Source: Tubiluchus corallicola (taxonomy: Eukaryota; Animalia; Priapulida). From it: 64,000 bases of DNA. A program made the position numbers and the translations under genes. Below are positions 52,331 through 64,000 of the stretch, one piece after another (the first letter of the stretch is position 1; each line of letters opens with the position of its first letter). The notes under the pieces are model-generated. The model was not told the DNA's origin. It searched no databases and saw only the letters and a list, made by a program, of their open reading frames with translations. The stretch spans positions 22,887 through 86,886 of the forward strand of contig JAQGDQ010000863.1 of NCBI GenBank assembly GCA_030141605.1, in the 5' to 3' direction.

Positions 52331-53130
52331 CACTTGAAATGCATACACTATGAAATATTATATAACCAATCAATGTCATCAAATGGACAGCGTGCAGCTC
52401 AGGTTGATCAGTAACCACAGTCTCTATACCCATCCATCATGTTGTGAACAAACACAGAAACAGCCACGCATATTCCACATTACTTTCTCGGTAATTATTA
52501 AATTTAAAAAACCGTGCGGGCTTCTCTTCCACTGAAACCCTAAGCACTTGCTTATTTTGTTCAATGGTTATTCCAGGGATTGTGTTAACTACAGTAAACA
52601 GTTCTAAATGAAAACTGTGCATTGGTATTTGAAATGTTAGCGACAAAACTCAAAAAACTGCGATACCTACTGGTCTAGCCAGCACTTGGATTTGCGCACA
52701 TACCTGGCTTCATACCGGTTTCTGCCGGCTGTCTTTTGCACGCACTTCAACTGCTATTTGACAAGCATCTACATGTGAACTAGTTTTGCTGTTAGTTTTC
52801 TGTTAGATATGATTATAACAACATTTCTTATAACTTGTGATACTGTAACAAAACGTTGTGCTCCTTCGTGCAATCATAGATGTCAAAAAGTGTAAGTTCA
52901 CATAAATTTTCATTCTCATGGTTAAACTGTACGAACTTTTGCTAATATCTGTAAGAACCTGGTAATATTTGCAGCTAAATGCGATTATCCTCTTCCTTCA
53001 CAGATCTGAATAAAGCCTTTCTTGTAGCAAAAGCCTGTCACTAATAAACTGCACAACTGCATTGCCTTATACGGAGCTTTGAGACTTAGTTATGTTATCT
53101 TAAAACATTGAGCATATCATCTACACTTAC

Positions 53131-53242
53131 CCTCCAGGGTCGGCTATGTACGGGGAGTCGGGTCTCTTATCAGGCTGCGAAAGACGGAACAGTTGAACGA
53201 CAAATATATTGATAGGAAGTACAATTAGTGCACTCTGTATAC
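53131..53242 (-). CDS. PKD1L exon (TM)
   Basis: GIQSALIVLPINIFVVQLFR. Confidence 0.88.
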
Positions 53243-53747
53243 CTGTGGTGCAAGAAAAAATAGTTCATCATATTAATTAGTTATTATCATTTTAATGAAA
53301 AGATTAATGTTCACAATGGAACAAAGTCAAAATTAATGGAATTTTGATACAAAAATTTAAAGATAGGAAATGAATGGTCTAGATTTGAACCACAGACTTT
53401 TTGCTTACATCTTAGACCACTTGCCACTTAGCCTTATAAACAGATGGTTCCTGGTTCAAGTCCAGACTGTATCACAGCTTTTCACATTTGCTATCTTTGG
53501 CGTTAAAATTTCATTAATTTGGGGTTTAGTTTCATTATTATCAACTTAACCCTGCGAGACGGATTTCTCGACCAAAGCCAGTTCACACCTCAAACGAAAA
53601 GGAAATGATTTTTTAACCTCAACTACTAATGATTGGGAAAGGGTGAATTTGTAAACACAGTTTGTTTTTACTTATTCAATTAAGTATTTTATAGTATACC
53701 AGCAATCACATAGCAATACTTTTATTTACTAATACAAATATAATTAC

Positions 53748-53883
53748 CAATTACTACTTGATGCCATGAAACCTTCACTCCCGAGATGTCCACTTCCTTA
53801 AACTCCAGATTTTTTGGTATTCCGTAGAACATGATGCTAGCCAGCATGACACAGAACACTAGGGAAAAAGCACACGACACTCT
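53748..53883 (-). CDS. PKD1L exon (TM)
   Basis: RVSCAFSLVFCVMLASIMFYG. Confidence 0.88.
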
Positions 53884-54106
53884 CTGCAAATATAGAAGAA
53901 CAGAAAGGTGTAACAGGAATGCGGGAAAAATTCAAAAATCGGGAAGCAAAATTAAACTTATGGTACGAGTTTTCGAGAACAAAAACGAACGGCAGTATGG
54001 CGTATAAGCAGGGTGCACAGACAAGCGATGCTCGAGGTGCCTGGGTTCGATACTCACTCTGGCCGTACTGACTGTGGCAGTTTGTCACATTTTTTAGGAT
54101 ATAAAC

Positions 54107-57100
54107 AAACTCACATCTCGGTTTGCCGGACCTGTCTTTTACGGATATCGGAAGAATCAGACAAAATCTGGACTGTAAAAAGTCCCTAACACTATGGCCA
54201 CAGTCCGTTGTTTTGCGAACTCACCGCTGGTTGGCGGGCCGCCACTTTGTTTACATCAATACATCAGTGCAAGCAAGCAACATGTAACGACACGTGTGTA
54301 GCTTGTATGTCAGGAGCGGCCCGTACTAGACGTTTTTGAGCCAATTAGGTGATTGATTCTACATTACAGTGAGTCTAATATGTCAGGAGCGGCCCGTACT
54401 AGACGTTTTTGAGCCAATTAGGTGATTGATTCTACATTACAGTGAGTCTAATATGTCAGGAGTGGCCCGTACTAGACGTTTTTGAGCCAATTAGGTGATT
54501 GATTCTACATTACAGTGAGTCTAATATGTCAGGAGTGGCCCGTACTAGACGTTTTTGAGACAATTAGGTGATTGATTCTACATTACAGTGAGTCTAATAT
54601 GTCAGGAGTGGCCCGTACTAGACGTTTTTGAGACAATTAGGTGATTGATTCTACATTACAGTGAGTCTAATATGTCAGGAGTGGCCTGTACTAGACGTTT
54701 TTGAGCCAATTAGGTGATTGATTCTACATTACAGTGAGTCTAATATGTCAGGAGTGGCCCGTACTAGATGTTTTGGAGACAATTAGGCGATTGATTCTAC
54801 ATTACTGTGAGTCTAATATGTCAGGAGTGGCCCGTACTAGGCGATTTTGAGACAATTAGGCGATTGATTCTACATTACAGTGAGTCTAATATGTCAGGAG
54901 TGGCCCGTACTAGATGTTTTGGAGACAATTAGGCGATTGATTCTACATTACAGTGAGTCTAATATGTCAGGAGTGGCCCGTACTAGACGTTTTTGAGACA
55001 ATTAGGCGATTGATTCTACATTACCATGAGTCTAATATGTCAGGAGTGGCCCGTACTAGACGTTTTTGAGACAATTAGGCAATTGATTCTACATTACAGT
55101 GAGTCTAATATGTCAGGAGCAGCCCGTACTAGACGTTTCTGAGACAATTAGGCAATTGATTCTACATTACAGTGAGTCTAATATGTCAGGAGCGGCCCGT
55201 ACTAGACGTTTTTGAGACAATTAGGCGATTGATTCTACATTACAGTGAGTCTAATATGTCAGGAGCGGCCCGTACTAGACGTTTTTGAGACAATTAGGCG
55301 ATTGATTCTACATTACTGTGAGTCTAATATGTCAGGAGCGGCCCGTACTAGACGTTTTTGAGACAATTAGGCAATTGATTCTACATTACAGTGAGTCTAA
55401 TATGTCAGGAGTGGCCCGTACTAGACGTTTTTGAGACAATTAGGCGATTGATTCTACATTACAGTGAGTCTAATATGTCAGGAGCGGCCCGTACTAGACG
55501 TTTTTGAGACAATTAGGCGATTGATTCTACATTACAGTGAGTCTAATATGTCAGGAGTGGCCCGTACTAGACGTTTTTGAGACAATTAGGCGATTGATTC
55601 TACATTACAGTGAGTCTAATATGTCAGGAGCGGCCCGTACTAGACGTTTTTGAGACAATTAGGCGATTGATTCTACATTACAGTGAGTCTAATATGTCAG
55701 GAGTGGCCCGTACTAGACGTTTTTGAGACAATTAGGCGATTGATTCTACATTACAGTGAGTCTAATATGTCAGGAGCGGCCCGTACTAGACGTTTTTGAG
55801 ACAATTAGGCGATTGATTCTACATTACAGTGAGTCTAATATGTCAGGAGTGGCCCGTACTAGACGTTTTTGAGACAATTAGGCGATTGATTCTACATTAC
55901 CGTGAGTCTAATATGTCAGGAGCGGCCCGTACTAGACGTTTTTGAGACAATTAGGCGATTGATTCTACATTACTGTGAGTCTAATATGTCAGGAGCAGCC
56001 CGTACTAGACGTTTTTGAGACAATTAGGTGATTGATTCTACATTACAGTGAGTCTAATATGTCAGGAGCAGCCCGTACTAGACGTTTTTGAGACAATTAG
56101 GTGATTGATTCTACATTACCGTGAGTCTAATATGTCAGGAGCGGCCCGTACTAGACGTTTTTGAGACAATTAGGCAATTGATTCTACATTACAGTGAGTC
56201 TAATATGTCAGGAGTGGCCCGTACTAGATGTTTTTGAGACAATTAGGCAATTGATTCTACATTACAGTGAGTCTAATATGTCAGGAGCAGCCCATACTAG
56301 ACGTTTTTGAGACAATTAGGTTATTGATTCTACATTACAGTGAGTCTAATATGTCAGGAGCGGCCCGTACTAGACGTTTTGGAGACAATTAGGCAATTGA
56401 TTCTACATTACAGTGAGTCTAATATGTCAGGAGTGGCCCGTACTAGATGTTTTGGAGACAATTAGGCGATTGATTCTACATTACCGTGAGTCTAATATGC
56501 CAGGAGCGGCCCGTACTAGACGTTTTTGAGACAATTAGGCGATTGATTCTACATTACTGTGAGTCTAATATGTCAGGAGCAGCCCGTACTAGATGTTTTG
56601 GAGACAATTAGGCGATTGATTCTACATTACAGTGAGTCTAATATGTCAGGAGTGGCCCGTACTAGATGTTTTGGAGACAATTAGGCAATTGATTCTACAT
56701 TACAGTGAGTCTAATATGTCAGGAGCGGCCCGTACTAGACGTTTTTGAGACAATTAGGCGATTGATTCTACATTACAGTGAGTCTAATATGTCAGGAGTG
56801 GCCCGTACTAGACGTTTTTGAGACAATTAGGCGATTGATTCTACATTACAGTGAGTCTAATATGTCAGGAGCGGCCCGTACTAGACGTTTTTGAGACAAT
56901 TAGGCGATTGATTCTACATTACAGTGAGTCTAATATGTCAGGAGCGGCCCGTACTAGACGTTTTGGAGACAATTAGGTGATTGATTCTACATTACAGTGA
57001 GTCTAATATGTCAGGAGCGGCCCGTACTAGATGTTTTGGAGACAATTAGGCGATTGATTCTACATTACAGTGAGTCTAATATGTCAGGAGCGGCCCGTAC

Positions 57101-57604
57101 TAGATGTTTTGGAGACAATTAGGCGATTGATTCTACATTACCGTGAGTCTAATATGTCAGGAGCAGCCCGTACTAGATGTTTTTGAGACAATTAGGCGAT
57201 TGATTCTACATTACAGTGAGTCTAATATGTCAGGAGCGGCCCGTACTAGATGTTTTGGAGACAATTAGGCAATTGATTCTACATTACAGTGAGTCTAATA
57301 TGTCAGGAGTGGCCCGTACTAGATGTTTTGGAGACAATTAGGCGATTGATTCTACATTACAGTGAGTCTAATATGTCAGGAGTGGCCCGTACTAGACGTT
57401 TTTGAGACAATTAGGCAATTGATTCTACATTACAGTGAGTCTAATATGTCAGGAGAGGCCCGTACTAGACGTGTTTGAGACAATTAGGCGATTGATTCTA
57501 CATTACCGTGAGTCTAATAACCTGTATTAGCTTAGTATCGGTAAATATGGACAATCGGTAAATTCAGACCGACATCTCCCCCCCGGAAACCGAGATATGA
57601 GTTT
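54107..57604. mobile_element. MITE family B enclosing a satellite array
   Basis: TIR aaactcacatctcggtttgccgg / ccggaaaccgagatatgagttt; unexpanded relative at about 12852-13370. Confidence 0.75.
54308..57519. repeat. 73-bp satellite, 44 copies
   Basis: TGTCAGGAGCGGCCCGTACTAGACGTTTTTGAGACAATTAGGCGATTGATTCTACATTACAGTGAGTCTAATA. Confidence 0.97.
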
Positions 57605-57994
57605 ACATCCAAAGATGGTTTGAGATAGCTTTGATGATCAGAGGTGAGCAGCGAACTTTCGTGTTTTTTAGTTTGAATTCGAGTCGAACATAAGATTATA
57701 GATTTGAATCATTCAGCACTTTAACTGCATAATTTCTTTATCATTAAAATGTTTGAAACAGAACGCAACCAGCAGCACAACTTAGCCGCGATTTCTGTGC
57801 ACAATTTTGAAAAACGTTCTTGTTTTTACTGCAGAATCCAATCACGATCTTTGCGAAACAGCTTTTTATTAGCGATTCTCAAAACTTATTTAGAAGTTTG
57901 ATTCGAATTCGAAAGTCACAATTTTGATTCAATTCATATTCATTTTCTGGGAGAGAACACTCATCCCTAGTAATGACGAGTTACTGTCTCATTA

Positions 57995-58833
57995 TACAGT
58001 GAGTCCTCGCTTAACGGCGATAATGCGTTCCAGCAAAATGCGACATTAAGCGAAACGTCGTTAAACGAAGCCAAGACTTCCATAGAAAGTAATGTAAAAG
58101 AGCTGAGACACATTCCAGAGGCAAAAATCAATGTTGATTAGATCATTTAAATTAAAGGTTTTATAGGTTTCTTACTGTTTCTACTGATTAATTTTTTTCT
58201 GTTTGCTTGAAACCACCTATATATCTAACTTACTTAGCTAGCAGTTTCTTTGTTGTTAACATTTAAGTGTAGGTAGAGATTAAACAATAAACACTGGCGT
58301 CACTGCAGCAGAGTCAAAGCCAGCTTGGGAATTTCCACCAAAATTCCAAAGGCGACCATGGGAATTTTACCTAATCTGGTTACTATAGCAACCGGTTGCA
58401 GGCAAAATTCCTTGCAAAATGTTTGCCCCCATGTCTCTCGCTTGATACAAACGCCAAACGCCTAGCATTTAGTAGTCAGTCGGGAAGCAAAAACTTGTAC
58501 ATTAATTGCACTGTTTACGCTACTAGTGCGTTTTTAGAACAGAATAATGCAATATGTTCTGTTTTAATGCATGAAATTAGGTAAAAACATGGTTGGTAAA
58601 ATAAAAATTGGCCTAGAGAAAAGTAAAAAAATCGTCGTTAAAATGAAATGGCGCGTCGTTAAGTGAAGAAAAGGTGTCAAATATTCCACATCGTTAAAAC
58701 AAAACGATGCGTCGTTAAGTGAAGAAATGGTATCAGATGTTCAGGGTCATTAAGTGAAGAAAAGTGTCGAATGTTCAGCGTCGTTAAAACAAAACGCTGC
58801 TAAACGGGGAGGCGTTAAACGAGGATTTAGTGC
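57995..58833. mobile_element. pogo/Tigger-like MITE (relative at about 35818-36384)
   Basis: TACAGTGAGTCCTCGCTTAACG..CGTTAAACGAGGATTTAGTGCA; repeated subterminal cgttaa motifs. Confidence 0.65.
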
Positions 58834-59002
58834 ATTCTTATCTCTTAATGACTCACTATTGCTTGCAATGATCACCAAGTATTACTAATTAAGGGCAGCT
58901 TCTGATAACCAATACAGCACATATCACTGAAAATACATTGTTTAATAATAAGTCAATTAAAATCTATTCTGTGAATATTTCAGCTGTAATACGAAATCTG
59001 TT

Positions 59003-59457
59003 TTAACCCTTTCACTATGTTGTTGCTTTTTAACTGGGCCACATTGACTTTTGCACATTTGACAATAACTCTTTGTGCTTGTTTGTTACGAAAACAGAAT
59101 CTTGTAAATAAACAAATAGTTGTTCGTTATCGAGTACTAATAGTAAAATGTTAGTTTTATTTCTACACATGCATACACATAAGAGCACACATACGTGCAC
59201 ATACCATACAGTACAGTATCGTGGAATGCACCTGGCTTCAGATGCTGATTGGCTGCCTAGCGTTACATGTTGCAAAGGAACCCCAATCCCACGGCTGTTA
59301 AACTTTTCAACAATGTTTTTGCATGACCGTAGCAGTGAAATAAACAGACCTGGGTGACTGCCCTTAGTGCTGAGCTTGGGCGACAGTCTACCGCCTTCTG
59401 CCCCTTACATGAAAAACATAGGCAGCAATGTGCCACCTTCCGTAGTGAAAGGGTTAA
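59003..59457. mobile_element. piggyBac-like MITE
   Basis: Same TIRs and TTAA flanks. Confidence 0.82.
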
Positions 59458-59548
59458 GTCTTTTCTTCAACCAGGGCACATTAGTTCCACTGATATAATA
59501 TAAAATTAAAACAATGATAATTTTTCTATTTTTTTCAATTATGAAAAC

Positions 59549-59656
59549 CTGTGTTCTGGTGAACGAACTTTGCGGAGGCTTCAGGAAGATGCTGACCCAC
59601 AGATGATTGTCTCTGAGCCCGCCCATAGCATTGTTGCTAAAGAGGCGGAAAAATTC
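59549..59656 (-). CDS. PKD1L exon
   Basis: EFFRLFSNNAMGGLRDNHLWVSIFLKPPQSSFTRTQ. Confidence 0.9.
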
Positions 59657-59845
59657 CTACAAAAAAAATGAGGAAAGATTAAAAGGGGCCAAAATCAGAC
59701 CAGACAATTTTTAATTTTCATAAACATCCATTCTAACATGTTTTAAACACAATTGTAGGGGGACATGGCTTCAAACTGCACAACTGGCATGAAGTGTTTG
59801 CCGTCTGAGATTACCAAAACTGGAAATGGTGTTTACAAACAAGCC

Positions 59846-62800
59846 CGTTCTTTTGCTAAATGTACTTTTGCTAAATGTACTAAATGTTCTTTTACTAAAT
59901 GTACTAAATGTTCTTTTACTAAATGTACTAAATGTTCTTTTACTAAATGTACTAAATGTTCTTTTACTAAATGTACTTTTGCTAAATGTACTAAATGTTC
60001 TTTTGCTAAATGTACTAAATGTTCTTTTGCTAAATGTACTAAATGTTCTTTTACTAAATGTACTTTTGCTAAATGTACTAAATGTTCTTTTGCTAAATGT
60101 ACTAAATGTTCTTTTGCTAAATGTACTAAATGTTCTTTTGCTAAATGTACTAAATGTTCTTTTACTAAATGTACTTTTGCTAAATGTACTAAATGTTCTT
60201 TTGCTAAATGTACTAAATGTTCTTTTACTAAATGTACTTTTGCTAAATGTACTAAATGTTCTTTTGCTAAATGTACTAAATGTTCTTTTGCTAAATGTAC
60301 TAAATGTTCTTTTACTAAATGTACTTTTGCTAAATGTACTAAATGTTCTTTTGCTAAATGTACTAAATGTTCTTTTGCTAAATGTACTAAATGTTCTTTT
60401 ACTAAATGTACTTTTGCTAAATGTACTAAATGTTCTTTTACTAATTGTACTAAATGTTCTTTTACTAAATGTACTAAATGTTCTTTTACTAAATGTACTT
60501 TTGCTAAATGTACTAAATGTTCTTTTACTAAATGTACTAAATGTTCTTTTACTAAATGTACTAAATGTTCTTTTACTAAATGTACTAAATGTTCTTTTAC
60601 TAAATGTACTTTTGCTAAATGTACTAAATGTTCTTTTGCTAAATGTACTAAATGTTCTTTTGCTAAATGTACTAAATGTTCTTTTACTAAATGTACTTTT
60701 GCTAAATGTACTAAATGTTCTTTTACTAATTGTACTAAATGTTCTTTTACTAAATGTACTAAATGTTCTTTTGCTAAATGTACTAAATGTTCTTTTGCTA
60801 AATGTACTAAATGTTCTTTTACTAAATGTACTTTTGCTAAATGTACTAAATGTTCTTTTACTAAATGTACTAAATGTTCTTTTGCTAAATGTACTAAATG
60901 TTCTCAAATACAAATTTCTTTTACTAAATGTACTAAATGTTCTTTTACTAAATGACTTTTGCTAAATGTACTAAATGTTCTTTTGCTAAATGTACTAAAT
61001 GTTCTTTTACTAAATGTACTAAATGTTCTTTACTAAATGTACAAATCTTTTGCTAAATGTACTAAATGTTCTTTTGCTAAATGACTAATGTTCTTTTACT
61101 AAATGTACTAAATGTTCTTTAACTAAATGTACTAAATGTTCTTTTGCTAAATGTACTAAATGTTCTTTTGCTAAATGTACTAAATGTTCTTTTACTAAAT
61201 GTACTAAATGTTCTTTTACTAAATGTACAAATGTCTTTTGCAAATGTACTAAATGTTCTTTTGCTAAATGTACTAAATGTTCTTTTGCTAAATGTACTAA
61301 ATGTTCTTTTGCTAAATGTACTAAATGTTCTTTTACTAAATGTACTTTTGCTAAATGTACTAAATGTTCTTTTACTAATTGTACTAAATGTTCTTTTACT
61401 AAATGTACTAAATGTTCTTTTGCTAAATGTACTAAATGTTCTTTTGCTAAATGTACTAAATGTTCTTTTACTAAATGTACTAAATGTTCTTTTACTAAAT
61501 GTACTTTTGCTAAATGTACTAAATGTTCTTTTACTAAATGTACTTTTGCTAAATGTACTAAATGTTCTTTTGCTAAATGTACTAAATGTTCTTTTGCTAA
61601 ATGTACTAAATGTTCTTTTACTAAATGTACTTTTGCTAAATGTACTAAATGTTCTTTTGCTAAATGTACTAAATGTTCTTTTACTAAATGTACTTTTGCT
61701 AAATGCACTAAATGTTCTTTTACTAATTGTACTAAATGTTCTTTTACTAAATGTACTAAATGTTCTTTTACTAAATGTACTTTTGCTAAATGTACTAAAT
61801 GTTCTTTTACTAACTGTACTAAATATTCTTTTACTAAATGTACTAAATGTTCTTTTACTAAATGTACTAAATGTTCTTTTACTAAATGTACTAAATGTTC
61901 TTTTACTAAATGTACTTTTGCTAAATGTACTAAATGTTCTTTTACTAATTGTACTAAATATTCTTTTACTAAATGTACTAAATGTTCTTTTACTAATTGT
62001 ACTAAATATTCTTTTACTAAATGTACTAAATATTCTTTTACTAATTGTACTAAATGTTCTTTTGCTAAATGTACTAAATGTTCTTTTACTAATTGTACTA
62101 AATATTCTTTTACTAAATGTACTAAATATTCTTTTACTAATTGTACTAAATATTCTTTTACTAAATGTACTAAATGTTCTTTTGCTAAATGTACTAAATG
62201 TTCTTTTACTAAATGTACTTTTGCTAAATGCACTAAATGTTCTTTTACTAATTGTACTAAATGTTCTTTTACTAAATGTACTAAATGTTCTTTTACTAAA
62301 TGTACTTTTGCTAAATGTACTAAATGTTCTTTTACTAATTGTACTAAATTTCTTTCAAATGTACAAATTTTGCTAAATGTACTAAATGTTCTTTTGCTAA
62401 ATGTACTAAATGTTCTTTTACTAAATGTACTTTTGCTAAATGTACTAAATGTTCTTTTACTAATTGTACTAAATATTCTTTTACTAAATGTACTAAATGT
62501 TCTTTTACTAATTGTACTAAATGTTCTTTTACTAAATGTACTAAATGTTCTTTTACTAAATGTACTTTTGCTAAATGTACTAAATGTTCTTTTACTAAAT
62601 GTACTAAATGTTCTTTTACTAAATGTACTAAATGTTCTTTTACTAATTGTACTAAATGTTCTTTTACTAAATGTACTAAATGTTCTTTTGCTAAATGTAC
62701 TAAATGTTCTTTTACTAAATGTACTAAATGTTCTTTTACTAAATGTACTAAATGTTCTTTTGCTAAATGTACTAAATGTTCTTTTACTAAATGTAATGTA

Positions 62801-63022
62801 TTAAATGTTCTTTTGCTAAATGTACTAAATGTTCTTTTACTAAATGTACTAAATCCTAAATGTACTTTTCTAAATGTACTAAATGTTCTTTTACTAATGT
62901 ATAAATTTCTTTTCTAAATGTACTAAATGTTCTTTTACTAAATGCTCTTTTGCTAAATGTACTAAATGTACTTTTACTAAATGTACTAAATGTTCTTTTG
63001 CTAAATGTACTTTTACTAAATA
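59846..63022. repeat. 24-bp + 15-bp compound minisatellite
   Basis: CTAAATGTACTAAATGTTCTTTT(A/G) interspersed with CTAAATGTACTTTTG. Confidence 0.97.
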
Positions 63023-63735
63023 CAATAGGCCTAGTTTCAGCTCACAGACCGTGATGACATTCGTTATTCATCGCACATAAATTCCAAAATTTAACCAAAC
63101 TGCAAAACTTTTTCACGGTAATAAATATGTTGGCGAGAGACGACACAACTGCAAGAGACAGTTTGTAACACAGCAAGTCACTGGATAAGAAGTTTAATAT
63201 GAGTAGACTTTACACAGTAGAACATTTTCGTACTGACAAAACCCATTAACATTTACAGAGCACTGAGAAGTAGAAAGTATATCAAAATCATCAGCTTGAA
63301 CAGAAAACACTTCAGAACAGATCGGCATTTGCATTTCACTCTCAGCCCAGCAGACACAGAAAAAGCCGAACAAAATTGCGAAATCGTTCGACAAACATCG
63401 GGATCAGTGAGCATAAAATAAGAAATCGAAACGGAACACGTACGTGAACAAACGAAATCGTGAGGGAACAGATGCGCGAATGCGCAGAATTCAGAATGTT
63501 GTTTGAAACCACGTGTCGTTGCACTTATGACTTTACTAATCAAGGAAAATATATAATCTACATAAAATACTTGGCTTCACAATATTTGCACTTTTGGCTT
63601 CACACGCAGACAAGAATATACGTGTACACCTCGTTACTGTCTACAGTACATCATTGCTTTCACATATACATGCTGCACTTTGTCAGTTATACCTCTATTA
63701 AGATTATTTCTGATGTTCAATATGTTAACAGGTAC

Positions 63736-63874
63736 CTTAAGGTCACTTTCTCTGGCTCTTGGTAATTCAGTGTGAACAGTTTGCAGACCACGGTCGACTG
63801 CCAGCCAATTAAAACAGAAGAAACACCACACCTGATTCGTTTGTATGTCTCTAACAACAATCTGTTTTAAATAC
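63736..63874 (-). CDS. PKD1L exon (PLAT/LH2 C-terminal part)
   Basis: YLKQIVVRDIQTNQVWCFFCFNWLAVDRG. Confidence 0.85.
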
Positions 63875-64000
63875 CTGTAATTTAAGAAAAAAAATAGTTA
63901 GTACGATAAGCTAAAGTCTGAAATGACCAATCTTTTCAGCCGTTGTTTTAATATTGTGTAAAACGAAACAAACATATGTAATTTTATTGTAATTTGTAAT

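Larger units (their letters stand above)
43631..63874 (-). other. polycystin-1-like (PKD1L/REJ family) gene, 5'-truncated
   Basis: Ten phase-consistent exons: PLAT end (NWLAVDRG), HLWVSIFLKPPQSSFTRTQR, QPLKV, LVGVVRLRQLR, YDGGGY, WIDDRTRVLMIELTLFSSNTNLF and channel TM helices. Confidence 0.92.

Noticed and set aside
52666-52750. Possible extra PKD1L exon
   Set aside because: Stops in the required phase; exon 53131 splices in frame directly to 51146.
53310-53545. Imperfect inverted repeat with tRNA B-box-like fragments
   Set aside because: Too degenerate to call a tRNA or a defined element.
54308-57519. CRISPR-like regular array
   Set aside because: No unique spacers, no cas genes and a eukaryotic context; it is a head-to-tail satellite.
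59765-62804. ORFs of about 400 aa (KCTKCSF, LLNVLNV, HLVKE)
   Set aside because: Simple-repeat translations on both strands inside an intron. The same applies to the ORFs at 27545-28645, 31558-32464, 36945-37773 and 51401-52194.

Overview
AT-rich, intron-rich animal (probably invertebrate) genomic DNA carrying two convergent genes, both with 5' ends outside the window. On + (1-40058) is the 3' two-thirds of a domino/SRCAP/EP400 SWR1-class chromatin remodeller. I traced its exons by GT-AG boundaries and reading frame. It appears to have two mutually exclusive C-termini: an SRCAP/DOM-B-like AT-hook terminal exon made by reading through a weak donor at 15522, and an EP400/DOM-A-like SANT + poly-Q tail reached by splicing from that donor. 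On - (63874-43631) is the 3' part of a polycystin-1-like (PKD1L/REJ family) gene. Introns contain locus-specific minisatellites (many starting just after a splice donor, two containing the donor itself), 5S-rRNA-derived SINEs, several MITE families (one enclosing a 44-copy satellite), Helitron-like fragments and a solo LTR with heat-shock elements. Most long ORFs in the supplied track are repeat artefacts. All coordinates were read by eye, and family assignments rest on remembered motifs rather than database searches.
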